Shown: positions 1 through 13,702, counted from the stretch's first letter. The stretch: DNA of 64,000 nucleotides from Eledone cirrhosa (GCA_964016885.1 OZ024748.1:19840001-19904000), one strand, 5' to 3'. A program made the numbers and translations. The notes: generated by a model not told the origin, from the sequence alone.

Positions 1-69
1 ATAAATTAACCCCAATACTGGACTAGTACTATATATATATATATATATATCAACCTATGTGTATACACA

Positions 70-132
<63 letters not shown>

Positions 133-262
133 GTAAAAGTTCTATTTAAATTGTTGGGATACAACAAGCAAATATTTTTATAACTGATATAAAGCACTCG
201 ACAAATAATTGGAGTAAAAATACGATATTAACAAATGGAAACTATATTTATAAAACCATATT

Positions 263-327
263 TATTTCATTATACATATTTCAAGGACACCAAGTTAAAT
301 TATGGTGGGCTTTCATCAGATAAAATA
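263..327 (-). ncRNA. Type I minimal hammerhead ribozyme, family A
   Basis: UAUUUUAU-CUGAUGA-stem II-GAAA-UAUGUA-UA-AUGAAAUA on the minus strand. Confidence 0.75.
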
Positions 328-371
328 TAATATAGAGCAGTTTTATAAATAAATATTGACATACCCTTAAA

Positions 372-1585
372 TACCTTTATAAATAATTCTCTACATAGGA
401 AAATACCTGAGATAACCGGAGGTTTATATCGTGACGACATGCTTTTACTTATAGAAAATAATAACTGTGAACTAAAAAGAAAAAGAAAACAAATTATACA
501 ATTTTTTAATTACCTTAATCTAAAAGTAGAAATAGAATAACCATAAAATAGTTAACTTTCTAGATGTGACACTAAACCTTAACACATGTCTTCATTATCC
601 ATTTCACAAACTAAATGAGAACTTAAACTACGTCAATTTTAACTCTCATCACCCCAGATCCGTTAAAAATACTATAGTGAACTCTGTACAGCAACGAATT
701 TCGAGAATTTCAGCTAATAAGAATATATTTGATGAAAAAGCACATTATTACAACGAAGCGTTAGGTAGAGCTGGGTATAGAAATAAAATTAAATACATTG
801 ATAATAATAATATAACAACTAACCAGAATCTTAACAATTTTAACTATTTTAACAATTTTAACAACTATAATAGAAAACCTTACAATAATTCCGAAAACAA
901 AAAAAGACATAGAACTAGGAATATATTATGGTTCGCTCCTCCTTTCTCATTAAATATTAAAACCCCTATTGCTAAACTATTTTTTAAAGCTCTTGACAAA
1001 TGCTTCCCTAGAACACAGATATTACTCAATTTTTAATAGACATACTATAAAATTAACTTATTCTTCCACCAAAATTTAGCGCAAAATATTAATAGAATTA
1101 ATAATAGAAATTTAAAACCTAACCAAAATACCACTAATAACCCAAGCAATATCCAATTTGATAAATGTAACTGTAGAAATAAATCTAACGGTCCATTAAA
1201 TAACAATTGCTTAGCTAAAAATATAGTATATAATTGTAATGTAAAAACTAATTTAAATTTATTTAATTATGTGGGATCCACTTCCACAGAGTTTAAATCC
1301 CGTTTCAATAATCATAAAAATTCTTTTACGAATCCAAACAAAAAATCTTCAACTTCTCTATTTAGCTTATTATGGGACCTCAAACTAAAGAACGTTCAAT
1401 ATTCGTTGATTTGGAATACTATTTCAAAAGCTTCTCCTTTTAACTCTTCAGAAAATTGTGATCTTTGTATCGAGGTAATATTCTTTATATTAAAGACCAA
1501 AAATTCCCTGAACCTAAGGAACAATTTATTCAGTTGCTGTAGACATAGATTGAACTCAACGTTTAAATATAAATTTAAAATGTAA
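372..1585 (+). pseudogene. PLE reverse transcriptase C-terminus + GIY-YIG endonuclease, frameshifted (GLYRDD type, tentatively Nematis-like)
   Basis: GLYRDDMLL at 421; NFLDVTL, SHHP, RNILWFAPPFS; CNCR, NIVY...YVGST..FKSRFNNH, CDLC..E..LN.R..CCRH; frame breaks near 540 and 1020. Confidence 0.9.
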
Positions 1586-3047
1586 TATATAATTAATTAA
1601 TTAATTCTATTAATATATTGAACCTATCGATAAATCATTAGATTCCTTCATTTTTTGACTGCTTATACACTCAAGTAAAAAAAACTTTTCTTCCTAAATA
1701 TAAATAAATATAATATATTCTTCTAAAGAAATATACTGAAAGCTCTTAAAAGGGGAAAAATATTTTTTGATAGTTTCTCCTATTTTCGAAAGTTTCTCTT
1801 TTGAAAGTTTCTTTTTCTTTCTCTTATGGAAATAAAATTAAGTTAAATATACGTAGACAATTTTATACTAAATTTATTAAACATATTATTTTGAAATTAT
1901 AACTTGAAATATTCTATAATGTTTTTAAAGTTATATTGTTTTAAAGTTATATTGCTTATAATTATATTTCCAAATCGTAATATAATTCTTTTGTATTTTA
2001 TGTACTTCAATTATACTATGTACTGTATTTATATATCTATTTCTCTCTCTATATGTGTGTCTATATATATATGTGTGTGTATTGATATACATGTACATAT
2101 ATTAATGTGTGTATGTGTATCTGTATGTATATATATATGTGTATATGCATACAATTCGATTGATTATCCTAAGGTTCGTGACAAATAAACATATATAATA
2201 ACGGTCATAACTACATAACAGGTAATCTTATTAAATATAAAACTTATATAAAAAATTTGTATAATAACATAAAGTGTGTATAACATAAAATTCCCTTTAA
2301 TATCTTAACAATTGTAACATTTATATAACTAAATAACGTAATTTTCCTTCACGCTGCTTTGATATTACATAGAAATGATTTTCTCTGATTTTTTTAGATT
2401 CCTATATCTTAAATTAAAAAATCATTTATATTTTGTATGTATATATTATATACGTAGATGGATATGTATATATGTTTATACGTGTATATATATATTTATA
2501 TGTATGTATATTTGCGTGTGTATATGTGTTATATTCTTCTAATAATATATAGATTTTTAATGATATATAGTCTTAATAATAATATATAGATTTCTTAATA
2601 TATAGATCTCAATTTTTAATGTATTGATCTCAATATTTTAATTGATTAACTAAACATTTAATCATATTTAAACAATGGTTAAAATTCTCATATTATATAT
2701 GTATCTTCCATTCATGATTAATTACATTTCTAATTTTATTTATTCATTTCATCTCAAATGTTAAGATAACTCAACAACCTATCACTTAGAGTTTTCGCTC
2801 TCTCTCCTTTCTCTTTCTTCTCTCTCTCTCTTTTTCTTTTTTCTCTTTCTTTTTTTCTCTCTCTTGTTCTTCTCTCTCTCTCTCTTTCTCTTTCTCCGTA
2901 ACCCAACGGCTTATTTAAAAATATCCAATACTAACTTACCTAATAGTATAATTAAAGATATAACTCCACTATCCGGGAGCTTCCAACAGTAATGGTTGCA
3001 TTCTTTAAGGGTATGTCAATATTTATTTATAAGACTGCTCTATATTA

Positions 3048-3112
3048 TATTTAATCTGATGAAAGCACACCATAATTTAACTTGGTGTCCTTGAAATATG
3101 TATAATGAAATA
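3048..3112 (+). ncRNA. Type I minimal hammerhead ribozyme, family A (3' pLTR of PLE-1)
   Basis: CTGATGA-AAG.CACCA..TGGTG.CTT-GAAA-TATGTA-TA-ATGAAATA; one stem I mismatch. Confidence 0.75.
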
Positions 3113-3152
3113 AATATAGGTTTATAAATATAGTTTCCATTTGTTAATATCG

Positions 3153-3187
<35 letters not shown>

Positions 3188-3396
3188 TACAGTGCTGACC
3201 CAAAGTAATTTGGAGTCGAGTTCTCCGATAAAAACGCATCGGATTAGCGATTCTAAACGTTATCCCCTACATATCGACGAAACACGTGACAGTTACGTAA
3301 TAAATGTTAATCCTTCAGCTGCAAACCTGGTGAATTCATGTGATTTATTATATATATATATATATATAGTAATAATAATAATAATAATAATAATTG

Positions 3397-3635
3397 TTTC
3401 TACGTTAGGCACAAGGCCAGCAATTAACCAGTGTATTACTGGTACTTTATTTTATCGACCCCGTAAGGATGAAAGTTAACCTCGGCGGGATTTGAACTCA
3501 GAATGGCAATCGACCCCGTAAGGATAAAAGGCAAAGTTAACCTCGGCGGGATTGAAATTCAGTCCGTAAAGGGACGTAACTGTGCTGCAAAGCATGGCGC
3601 CCGACCCTCTACCGATACTGCCAACTCACCGCCCC
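3397..3635 (-). mobile_element. tRNA-derived SINE with Nin/Deu-like central domain (two overlapping partial copies)
   Basis: Reverse complement of ...GCCTTTCATCCTTACGGGGTCGATAAAATAAAGTACCAG..., B-box GAGTTCAAATCC, (TAA)n tail. Confidence 0.75.
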
Positions 3636-3668
<33 letters not shown>

Positions 3669-3671
3669 TTT

Positions 3672-3969
3672 CATTTATTAGCCACAAGGGCCGACATGTA
3701 GGGGACAATACAAAGACAGGGACAGTGGGGGTTTACAATAAGGTCGAGTAAAAGTGCACAATGGCAAGACTAATTTAACAATGAAAATATAAAATATAAA
3801 ATAAACTATGCAAAATATAACAAAATAAATTCCCCGATAGGGGGTGGACGACCCTGGGGTGATTCGGGTACCCCACCAATCCTAAACCACCCTGCGCTTC
3901 TAGGGCACCCAGGAGAGCACCCCTCTCCTCAAGTTAGCCAGCCTATAGGCGCATGGTCAGAGTAGGCCC
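3672..3969 (-). mobile_element. 3' end of a non-LTR retrotransposon (L1/Tx1-like), same family as 59300-59810
   Basis: Colinear similarity to 59300-59570; AATAAA near the 3' end; flanked by (TAA)n. Confidence 0.55.
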
Positions 3970-4092
3970 AATAATAATAATAATAATAAATTTGAAGACG
4001 AAAATCCAAAGAGGGCTCGATAAAGATAAATATATATCAAATATATGAAAGCAGCGATTCTTTGCTTAAACTTTAATCTGTTATTTTAATAA

Positions 4093-4128
<36 letters not shown>

Positions 4129-4130
<2 letters not shown>

Positions 4131-4318
4131 CGAAGGAAATGTGGTAAGGAACCAGGTGGACCATAACGCACCAAAGTACTCAATTCTTAGGGTAGTAGAG
4201 TGGGTAATAGGAACGAGTAGGACCCCGACGGCTGAGCTCAAGTCGTTTCGACGGCTAATTCTGGACTCGAATTAGCCGTCGAAAAAGCTTGAGCTCAGCC
4301 GTCGGGGTCCTACTCGTT

Positions 4319-4321
<3 letters not shown>
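4129..4321. repeat. Family B fold-back element carrying the 3' half of a hammerhead
   Basis: Arms ~4208-4262 / 4270-4321; GAAAC-GGCT-TGAGCTC-AGCC-GTC-GGGGTCC type stem III; ~80 bp one-sided extension; (TA)n flanks. Confidence 0.75.
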
Positions 4322-4351
<30 letters not shown>

Positions 4352-4392
4352 AAATGAAAATCCGAAGGCAAGGTAAAATTCCAATCATTTAA

Positions 4393-4466
4393 TCACGACA
4401 CATGTTTCAATAAGAGATAGATCGATTGTGAAGCCATGATCGATTATCACTGATCTCATCAGGTGA
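4393..4466 (-). ncRNA. Type I hammerhead ribozyme, family H
   Basis: UCAC-CUGAUGA-long imperfect stem II-GAAA-CAUGUG-UC-GUGA; GUC triplet, palindromic ACAUGU. Confidence 0.8.
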
Positions 4467-4488
4467 AAATGAATTGTCTTCAAATTCT

Positions 4489-4545
<57 letters not shown>

Positions 4546-4550
4546 ATTTA

Positions 4551-4600
<50 letters not shown>

Positions 4601-4702
4601 CGTGTGTGTCTATGTATATATATATATACATATATCTATATCTATATCTATCTATCTATCTCTCTCTCTATATATATATATATATGTGTGTGTGAGTGTG
4701 TG

Positions 4703-4745
<43 letters not shown>

Positions 4746-4919
4746 TGTATATAGGTGGAAAAGCGAAGTTGATCTCAGCGGGATTTGAACTCAGCTCAGA
4801 ATACAGAGAGCAGGAACGAGTAATGCAAAGCTGTCTATCCGACTTTTTAATGACTCATTTATGTATAGTTAATATACAATAGTTTCACTGATCACGTCAG
4901 TTATTTCAGTCCTTGCCTG

Positions 4920-5490
4920 ACGACTCCAAATAGAAGCTTACATGCACACACATACCATACGCAGGCCCATGCATAGCAACATTTATACACACACACTTCA
5001 TACATACATACACATATATATATATATATACATATATATAAAACATAAATATATACATACTCAGTGGTTGTCTGAGGACGCCAAATAGAAGTATATATGC
5101 ACACACATACATACGCACGCCCATGCATAGCAACATTTATACACACACACTTCATACATACATATACATATATATATATATACATACACACATATATATA
5201 TATACATATATATAAAACATACACATATACATACTCAGTGGTTGCCTGACCACGCCAAATAGAAGTATATATGCACACACATACCATACGCAAGCCGCCC
5301 ATGCATAGCAACATTTATACACACACACTTCATACATACATACATACACACATATAAATATACATATATATATAAAACATACACATATACATACTCAGTG
5401 GTTGCCTGAGGGCGCCAAATAGAAGTATATATGCACACACATACCATACGCACGCCCATGCATAGCAACATTTATACACTCACACTTCAT
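4920..5490. repeat. Minisatellite, ~4 units of ~140-180 bp with embedded microsatellite
   Basis: Repeated CCAAATAGAAG...CCCATGCATAGCAACATTTATACAC and ACTCAGTGGTTG. Confidence 0.85.
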
Positions 5491-5494
5491 ACAT

Positions 5495-5519
<25 letters not shown>

Positions 5520-5528
<9 letters not shown>

Positions 5529-5676
5529 CATATACATACATACACATATACATACATACACATATACATACACACATGTATACATTCGTACATACATACA
5601 TGCACATACATACACACGCATATAAATCTATACACATATATATATATTCATACACACATAAAAACACACATATACA

Positions 5677-5709
<33 letters not shown>

Positions 5710-6717
5710 TCATACACACATAAACACGCATACATATGCATACACACATATATATATATAAACATACAGACATATACATACATGCACACATATAAACAAA
5801 TATACACAGAAACACACACATATACATATATACATACATATATACATACATACACAGAAACACACACACATATACATACACACATATATACATAAATATA
5901 TACACATATACATACATACGTACATACATGCCTACATAAACACACACACATACATACATACATACATACGTATATTCATACACACATAAGCACACATACA
6001 TATACATACAAACACACACATATATATATATAAACATACAGACATATACATACATACATACATACACACATATACACAAATATACACAGAAACATACACA
6101 TATACATATATACATACATATATACATACATACACAGAAACACACACACATATACATACATACACTCATATATATACATAAATATATACACATATACATA
6201 CATACATACATACATACATGCATACATAAGCACACACATATACATACATACATACATATATTAATACACACATAAATACACATACATATGCATACATACA
6301 CACATATATATAAACATACAGACATATACATACATACACACATATACACAAATATACAGAGAAACACACACATATACATACGTACATACATGCATACACA
6401 AACACACACATACATACATATATTAATACACACATAAACACACATACATATACATACACAAATATATATATATAAACATACAGACATATACATACATACA
6501 CACATATACACAAATATACACAGAGACACACACATATACATATATACATACATATATGCATACATACACAGAAACAGACACACATATACATACATACACA
6601 CATATATACATAAATATATACACATATACATACGTACATACATGCATACATAAACACACACATATACATAGATACATACATATATTCATACACACATAAA
6701 CACACATACATATACAA

Positions 6718-6752
<35 letters not shown>

Positions 6753-7255
6753 AACATACATACATATACATACATACACACATATACACAAATATACACA
6801 GAGACACACACATATACATATATACATACATATATGCATACATACACAGAAACAGACACACATATACATACATACACACATATATACATAAATATATACA
6901 CATATACATACGTACATACATGCATACATAAACACACACATATACATAGATACATACATATATTCATACACACATAAACACACATACATATACAAACACA
7001 CACATATATATATATATATATATAAACATACAGACATATACATACATACACACATATACACAAATATACACAGAGACACACACATATACATATATACATA
7101 CATACACAGAAACAGACACACATATACATACATACACACATACACACATATATACATAAATATATACACATATACATACGTACATACATGCATACATAAA
7201 CACACACATATACATGCATATATACATACATAAATACATCCATACATAAATACAC
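5520..7255. repeat. Complex (TACA/CA/TA) satellite with higher-order repeats
   Basis: Recurrent blocks such as AAACATACAGACATATAC and CACAGAAACAGACAC. Confidence 0.85.
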
Positions 7256-7662
7256 CCGTTTGGGACCACACATTGAAAACGTGTTCTGTTGTGGAGATCA
7301 GCTGCCCACTTGATGTAAACGTTGTCAGAAAAATACAGGAGAAGGAGGACATCTACGGACCATTGATGAGGAGCTTACAAATCCAGTATCCAAGATACAC
7401 CTTTAGCTTCATACCCATCATTATTGGTGCTACGGGTTATATACCAACCCGCTTGGACCAAAGTATGACCGAACTTGGATTTGCGGACAAAAAGCGCAGC
7501 TCCCTAATTCATAGTCTACAAATGGCTGCGATAGCTGGCACCTTCAAAATATGCAAAACATTCTTGCGATTCAAGGGATGACAATTTCTTTTCTTTTACA
7601 ACCTTGCCACCAGGAAGGTGGCCGGTCAAAAAAATATACTCAAAATTAAGAGAAAGAGAAAA
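7256..7662 (+). mobile_element. 3' fragment of an RLE-type (R4/Dong/NeSL-like) non-LTR retrotransposon
   Basis: WDHTLKTCSVVEISCP...KIQEKEDIYGPL...IPIIIGATG matches the C-terminal restriction-like endonuclease pattern; short 3' UTR; embedded in (TACA)n. Confidence 0.7.
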
Positions 7663-8074
7663 CATACATACATACATACATACATACATACATAAATACA
7701 TACATATACACACACACGCACACATTTCATATACATAAATACATACATAATTCCTAAATTACACGAAACAAACCATTTTGTACGAAGCAGCACTTCGTAA
7801 GTGAAATACGAACTCCAAGAATGAATGTAAATCGGATTACCGTGACCTCTAAGCTTCTAAAAATGGGTGTGAATGATTCTGAAATTGTTTTGGTTAATCT
7901 AAAAATGTCTCGTCTAGATGCTATATATTCTTATATAATTTGTGTCTTTCACCCCAAATAATTACATCTGTTCCGCCTATAAATAGATATGAAACACATG
8001 TACCAAAATATATATATATATAGAACAAAAGATAATATTAACACACATTTATGTATAAATATGATTATGGACGA

Positions 8075-8108
<34 letters not shown>

Positions 8109-8110
<2 letters not shown>

Positions 8111-8583
8111 CGAAGGAAATGTGGTAAGGAACCAGGTGGACCATAACGCACCAAAGTACTCAATACTTAGGGTAGTAGAGTGGGTAATAGGAACGAGTAG
8201 GACCCCGACGGCTGAGCTCAAGCCGTTTCGACGGCTAATTCTGGACTAAAATTAGTCCAGAATTAGCCGTCGAAACGGCTTGAGCTCAGCCGTCGGGGTC
8301 CTACTCGTTCCTATATATATATCTTGGTGTCGAAACGGCCAGAGCAAAGCCATCGGGGTCTTGAATCTTTATATATATATATATAAAGGTTCAGGACCCC
8401 GACGGCTGACCTCTGGCCGTTTCGAGGCCAAGATCCGAATAGTTCAGATCTAGCTGTCGAAACGGCTGGAGCTCAGCCGTCGGGGGTCCTGAATCTTTTT
8501 ATATTACCCACTCTACTACCCCAAGTATCGATTACTCTGGTACGTTATGGTCCGCCTAGTATCTTACCACACCCTGTTTGTTG
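8109..8583. repeat. Cluster of family B fold-back elements
   Basis: Palindrome centred ~8250; second diverged fold-back 8385-8583; fragment 8323-8370. Confidence 0.75.
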
Positions 8584-8851
8584 TATATATATATATATAT
8601 ACCTACATATCTATATATATATATGTGTGTATGTGTGAGTGTGTGTACACAGAAAAGACGTAATGCTCCGACAAATTATAGAAGTGACAAACATAAACGA
8701 ACTCCAACGAAAATTAAGCAGAAAACATGAATGGAATAGCAACAACATCACAACTAGTAATGGAGGTCAAGATGTAGACATACAGTTACATTTTCAAATT
8801 CTGGGGTCACTGTTGTCTAACTGTTTGCTTCGTCTCCTGATTTATATATAT

Positions 8852-8910
<59 letters not shown>

Positions 8911-8938
8911 AACAAAAGATGGTTAAAAGAGTTCCATG

Positions 8939-9009
8939 TATTTTATTATGCGCATTTCAAAAACAAATATCATCATGCAATAATATTTGTGTCTTCATCA
9001 GATAAAACA
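8939..9009 (-). ncRNA. Type I minimal hammerhead ribozyme, family O (related to A)
   Basis: UGUUUUAU-CUGAUGA-AGA.ACAAAUAUUAU..AUGAUAUUUGU.UUU-GAAA-UGCGCA-UA-AUAAAAUA. Confidence 0.8.
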
Positions 9010-9526
9010 GGAAGACATGATATGAAGGTTAAAAAACACTTGTGGATAGTTCAGTTTTAAATCAACATATGAGAAGTAGTTTTAGATTGATGTGTGATAT
9101 TGGGAAAAATATTTTATTTAGAGGGGAGGGGGTGGAAAGGATGAAAAAGAGGAGGAGATGAGAGTAGAAAGTGGAGAGGGAGGAGTATAATGAGGAAGGA
9201 TGAGATAGGAGGAGAGATGGGTGATAGAGAGAGAGAGAGATAGCTTTTATAACTGAGAAAGATATTTTGTTTTACATAGAGAGGTTGAAAACCGTTGGAA
9301 GATAATGTATAGATTAAAAGAATTTGAAAATTAACGAAGAGAAAAATAATGTAAAGTTAAGGTTTGTATATTGAGGGGTTTGATAATATGTGCGATGAAG
9401 AGAAAATGTTAATATGTATTAAGAATAATATTTCTGAAACTAACAAAGTCAATATGTAAACGCAGAACTGGATATTTCAAAAAACGTTGCAACCGTTTGC
9501 TTCGTCTCCTGATTTATATATATACC

Positions 9527-9564
<38 letters not shown>

Positions 9565-9565
9565 G

Positions 9566-9820
9566 TTCAAAGAATAGAGGTGTAACACACAAGTTATTAT
9601 ATATTGGTAAACGGAATAGAAAATGCTGACAAATTGTTCACAGTTGAAAAATGGTTTAATTAGGAATAAAAGAGTATTAGTGATTGTATGGGTTAGTATT
9701 CAGTTGTGGTTAACTGAATACTAACCCATACAATCACTAATACTCTTTTATTCCTAATTAAACCATTTTTCAACTGTGAACAATTTGTCAGCATTTTCTA
9801 TTCCGTTTACCAATATATAT
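9566..9820. repeat. Near-perfect palindrome (~105 bp arms) between (TA)n tracts
   Basis: 9598-9705 is the reverse complement of 9712-9820; left arm ~30 bp longer; no HHR core seen. Confidence 0.9.
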
Positions 9821-9859
9821 ATATATATATATATATATTGTTTACAGATTGACTTTGTT

Positions 9860-9910
9860 AGTTTCAGAAGATCCCGTTAAGGGTGAAAGCAGCGATTCTT
9901 TGCTTAAACT
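9860..9910 (+). ncRNA. Variant hammerhead, family C (CAGAAGA core, U10.U11)
   Basis: AGUUU-CAGAAGA-UCCC-GUUAA-GGGU-GAAA-GCAG..UUGC-UU-AAACU; same motif at 43501 and 44004. Confidence 0.6.
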
Positions 9911-9926
9911 TTAATCTGTTATTTTA

Positions 9927-9977
<51 letters not shown>

Positions 9978-10111
9978 AACAAAGAAGGTGTGGTGAGATA
10001 CCAGATGGACCGTACCAGAGTACTCGATACTTGGGGTAGTTTGGATCTAGCCGCCGAAACGGCCGGAGCTCAGATGTCGGGATCCTGAATATTTTCATAT
10101 ATATATATATA

Positions 10112-10980
10112 ACTAGCTGAGGTACCCGGCTTCGCCAAGGTTAACAAATGATAAGTGAAGACCGACAGAAGAGAAAACGTCTGTATTGAATGCATTGTCT
10201 TGTTTACAGTGTGTGTGTGTGTGTGTGTTTGTGTTTGTTTGTGTATATATGTGTATATGTGTGTGTGTGTGTATATATATATATGTGTGTGTGTGTGCAT
10301 GTGTGTGTGTGTGTGCCTGTGTGAGTGTTCGTGTGTGTGCCTATGTGAGTGTTCGTGTGTGTGCCTATGTGAGTGTTCGTGTGTGTGTGTGTGTGTGAGT
10401 GTGTGTGTGAGTGTGACGTGTAAACCACAGTTGGAATCGGAGACATGGGCCGCGAAACACGATCATCACTGACAACGAACTCGAGAGAGAATCCCTTATG
10501 GTTGATTCCCAACCTGCTAGAAATAGCAGTCAGGTTGGTTAGCATTCGTGGTATGTCTTTCTTCTTCTTTGGTGTTATAAAATTAGTATCAATAAACTTT
10601 CCTGGATATACTCTTATCCCAATCCTGTACATACTTTCCGATTGCCACTTTTCGTTTTTTTCGTGTGATACGCGAAGGAATCAACCAACAAACATCTCTT
10701 TTATATCTCTTTTATTTGTTCATTCAAAATATTTTTCAGCTAATTCTGTCGTACAATATACATCAGCAATCCTTATCTAATGTTTAAAACATATCAATAG
10801 CTGCGATATATGCACCATATCAATCAAAAACGATATGAGAATTGAATACTAAAAGCTAAACACCAACGTTTCAATTCTCTAAATGTTCATTAGACAACAC
10901 AACACAACACAACACAAAATAATACAATACAGCCGACATATGCATAGAGGACATTCACCTTTCTCTAGAGAGTCTATAAT
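10112..10980 (-). mobile_element. Non-autonomous Helitron-like element (5' end uncertain)
   Basis: Minus-strand 3' end: GC hairpin CCTTGGC-GAA-GCCGGG followed 8 nt later by CTAG|T; internal (GT)n. Confidence 0.6.
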
Positions 10981-11160
10981 ATGCAATATCAGTGATATTT
11001 AAACCTACCATATAACCTAGTAAGATAGCCCTCAACAATTTGTTTCAAATTAACTCCAAACAGCCACTTTTTATCACTGTACCATATGCACGTATGCATA
11101 TCTATATCTATATGTATATATATACATGTGTATGTGTGTGTGTGTATGTATATATGTATT

Positions 11161-11221
<61 letters not shown>

Positions 11222-11282
11222 CGAAGGAAATGTGGTAAGGAACCAGGTGGACCATAACGCACCAAAGTACTCAATACATTGT

Positions 11283-11353
11283 CTTGCATGATGATATTTG
11301 TTTTTAAAATGTGCATAATAAAATACATGGAACTCTTTTAACCATCTTTTGTT

Positions 11354-11433
<80 letters not shown>

Positions 11434-11884
11434 AATCAGGAGACGAAGCAAACAGTTAGACAAGTGACCCCAGAATTTCAAAATGTAACTGTATGTCTAC
11501 ATCTTGACCTCCATTACTAGTTGTGATGTTGTTGCTATTCCATTCATGTTTTCTGCTTAATTTTCGTTGGAGTTCGTTTATGTTTGTCACTTCTATAATT
11601 TGTCGGAGCATTACGTCTTTTCTGTGTACACACACTCACACACACACATATATATATATAGATATGTAGGTATATATATATATATATATACAACAAACAG
11701 GGTGTGGTAAGATACTAGGCGGACCATAACGTACCAGAGTAATCGATACTTGGGTAGTAGAGTGGGTAATATAAAAAGATTCAGGACCCCCGACGGCTGA
11801 GCTCCAGCCGTTTCGACAGCTAGATCTGAACTATTCGGATCTTGGCCTCGAAACGGCCAGAGGTCAGCCGTCGGGGTCCTGAAC

Positions 11885-11940
<56 letters not shown>

Positions 11941-11984
11941 ATTCAAGACCCCGACGGCTTTGCTCTGGCCGTTTCGACACCAAG

Positions 11985-12015
<31 letters not shown>

Positions 12016-13405
12016 TATATATAGGAACGAGTAGGACCCCGACGGCTGAGCTCAAGCCGTTTCGACGGCTAATTCTGGACTAATTTTAGTCCAGAATTAG
12101 CCGTCGAAACGGCTTGAGCTCAGCCGTCGGGGTCCTACTCGTTCCTATTACCCACTCTACTACCCTAAGTATTGAGTACTTTGGTGCGTTATGGTCCACC
12201 TGGTTCCTTACCACATTTCCTTCGTTATATATATATATATATATATATATACAAATACATAAATACATATATACATACACACACACACATACACATGTAT
12301 ATATATACATATAGATATAGATATGCATACGTGCATATGGTACAGTGATAAAAAGTGGCTGTTTGGAGTTAATTTGAAACAAATTGTTGAGGGCTATCTT
12401 ACTAGGTTATATGGTAGGTTTAAATATCACTGATATTGCATATTATAGACTCTCTAGAGAAAGGTGAATGTCCTCTATGCATATGTCGGCTGTATTGTAT
12501 TATTTTGTGTTGTGTTGTGTTGTGTTGTCTAATGAACATTTAGAGAATTGAAACGTTGGTGTTTAGCTTTTAGTATTCAATTCTCATATCGTTTTTGATC
12601 GATATGGTGCATATATCGCAGCTATTCATGTGTTTTAAACATTAGATAAGGATTGCTGATGTATATTGTACGACAGAATTAGGTGAAAAATATTTTAAAT
12701 GAACAAATAAAAGAGATATAAAAGAGATGTTTGTTGGTTGGTTCCTTCGCGTATCACACGAAAAAAACGAAAAGTGGCAATCGGAAAGTATGTACAGGAT
12801 TGGGATAAGAGTATATCCAGGAAAGTTTATTGATACTAATTTTATAACACCAAAGAAAAAGAAAGACATACCACGAATGCTAACCAACCTGACTGCTATT
12901 TCTAGCAGGTTGGGAATCAACCATAAGGGATTCTCTCTCGAGTTCGTTGTCAGTGATGATCGTGTTGCGCGGCCCATGTCTCCGTTTCCAACTGTGGTTT
13001 ACACGTCACACTCACACACACACTCACACATACACACACACGAACACTCACACAGGCACACACACGAACACTCACACGAACACTCACATAGGCACACACA
13101 CGAACACTCACACAGGCACACACACACACACATGCACACACACACATATATATATATACACACACACACACACATATATATATACACAAACAAACACAAA
13201 CACACACACACACACACTGTAAACAAGACAATGCATTCAATACAGACGTTTTCTCTTCTGTCGGTCTTCACTTATTATTTGTTAACCTTGGCGAAGCCGG
13301 GTACCTCAGCTAGTTATATATATATATATGAAAATATTCAGGATCCCGACATCTGAGCTCCGACCGTTTCGGCGGCTAGATCCAAACTACCCCAAGTATC
13401 GAGTA
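11283..13405. repeat. Inverted duplication of 8109-8980 and 10020-11277
   Basis: Reverse-complement identity with scattered substitutions; paired ORFs in the track (10445+ vs 12642-, 7949- vs 12114+). Confidence 0.9.
12444..13313 (+). mobile_element. Second copy of the Helitron-like element (inside the inverted duplication)
   Basis: CCTTGGCGAAGCCGGGTACCTCAGCTAG|T at ~13286-13314. Confidence 0.6.
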
Positions 13406-13570
13406 CAAGAGAGTCTATAATATGCAATATCAGTGATATTTAAACCTACCATATAACCTAGTAAGATAGCCCTCAACAATTTGTTTCAAATTAACTCCAA
13501 ACAGCCACTTTTTATGACTGTACCATATGCACGTATGCATATATATATATCTATATGTATATATATACAT

Positions 13571-13606
<36 letters not shown>

Positions 13607-13669
13607 ATATATGTATTTATGTATTTGTATATATATATATATATGTATAAACATATATATATTTTTAAA

Positions 13670-13702
<33 letters not shown>

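Larger units (their letters stand above)
133..3153 (+). mobile_element. 5'-truncated Penelope-like retroelement (PLE-1) with inverted pLTR copy at its 5' side
   Basis: RT/GIY-YIG remnant 372-1585, ~1.5 kb 3' region ending in an HHR (3048-3112); 222-371 is the reverse complement of 3004-3153; both ends abut (TA)n. Confidence 0.9.

Noticed and set aside
3190-3305. Hammerhead-like CTGA...GTCGA/TCGAC-GAAA-CACGTG
   Set aside because: Needs an insertion at position 7, lacks U16.1 and has no convincing stem I
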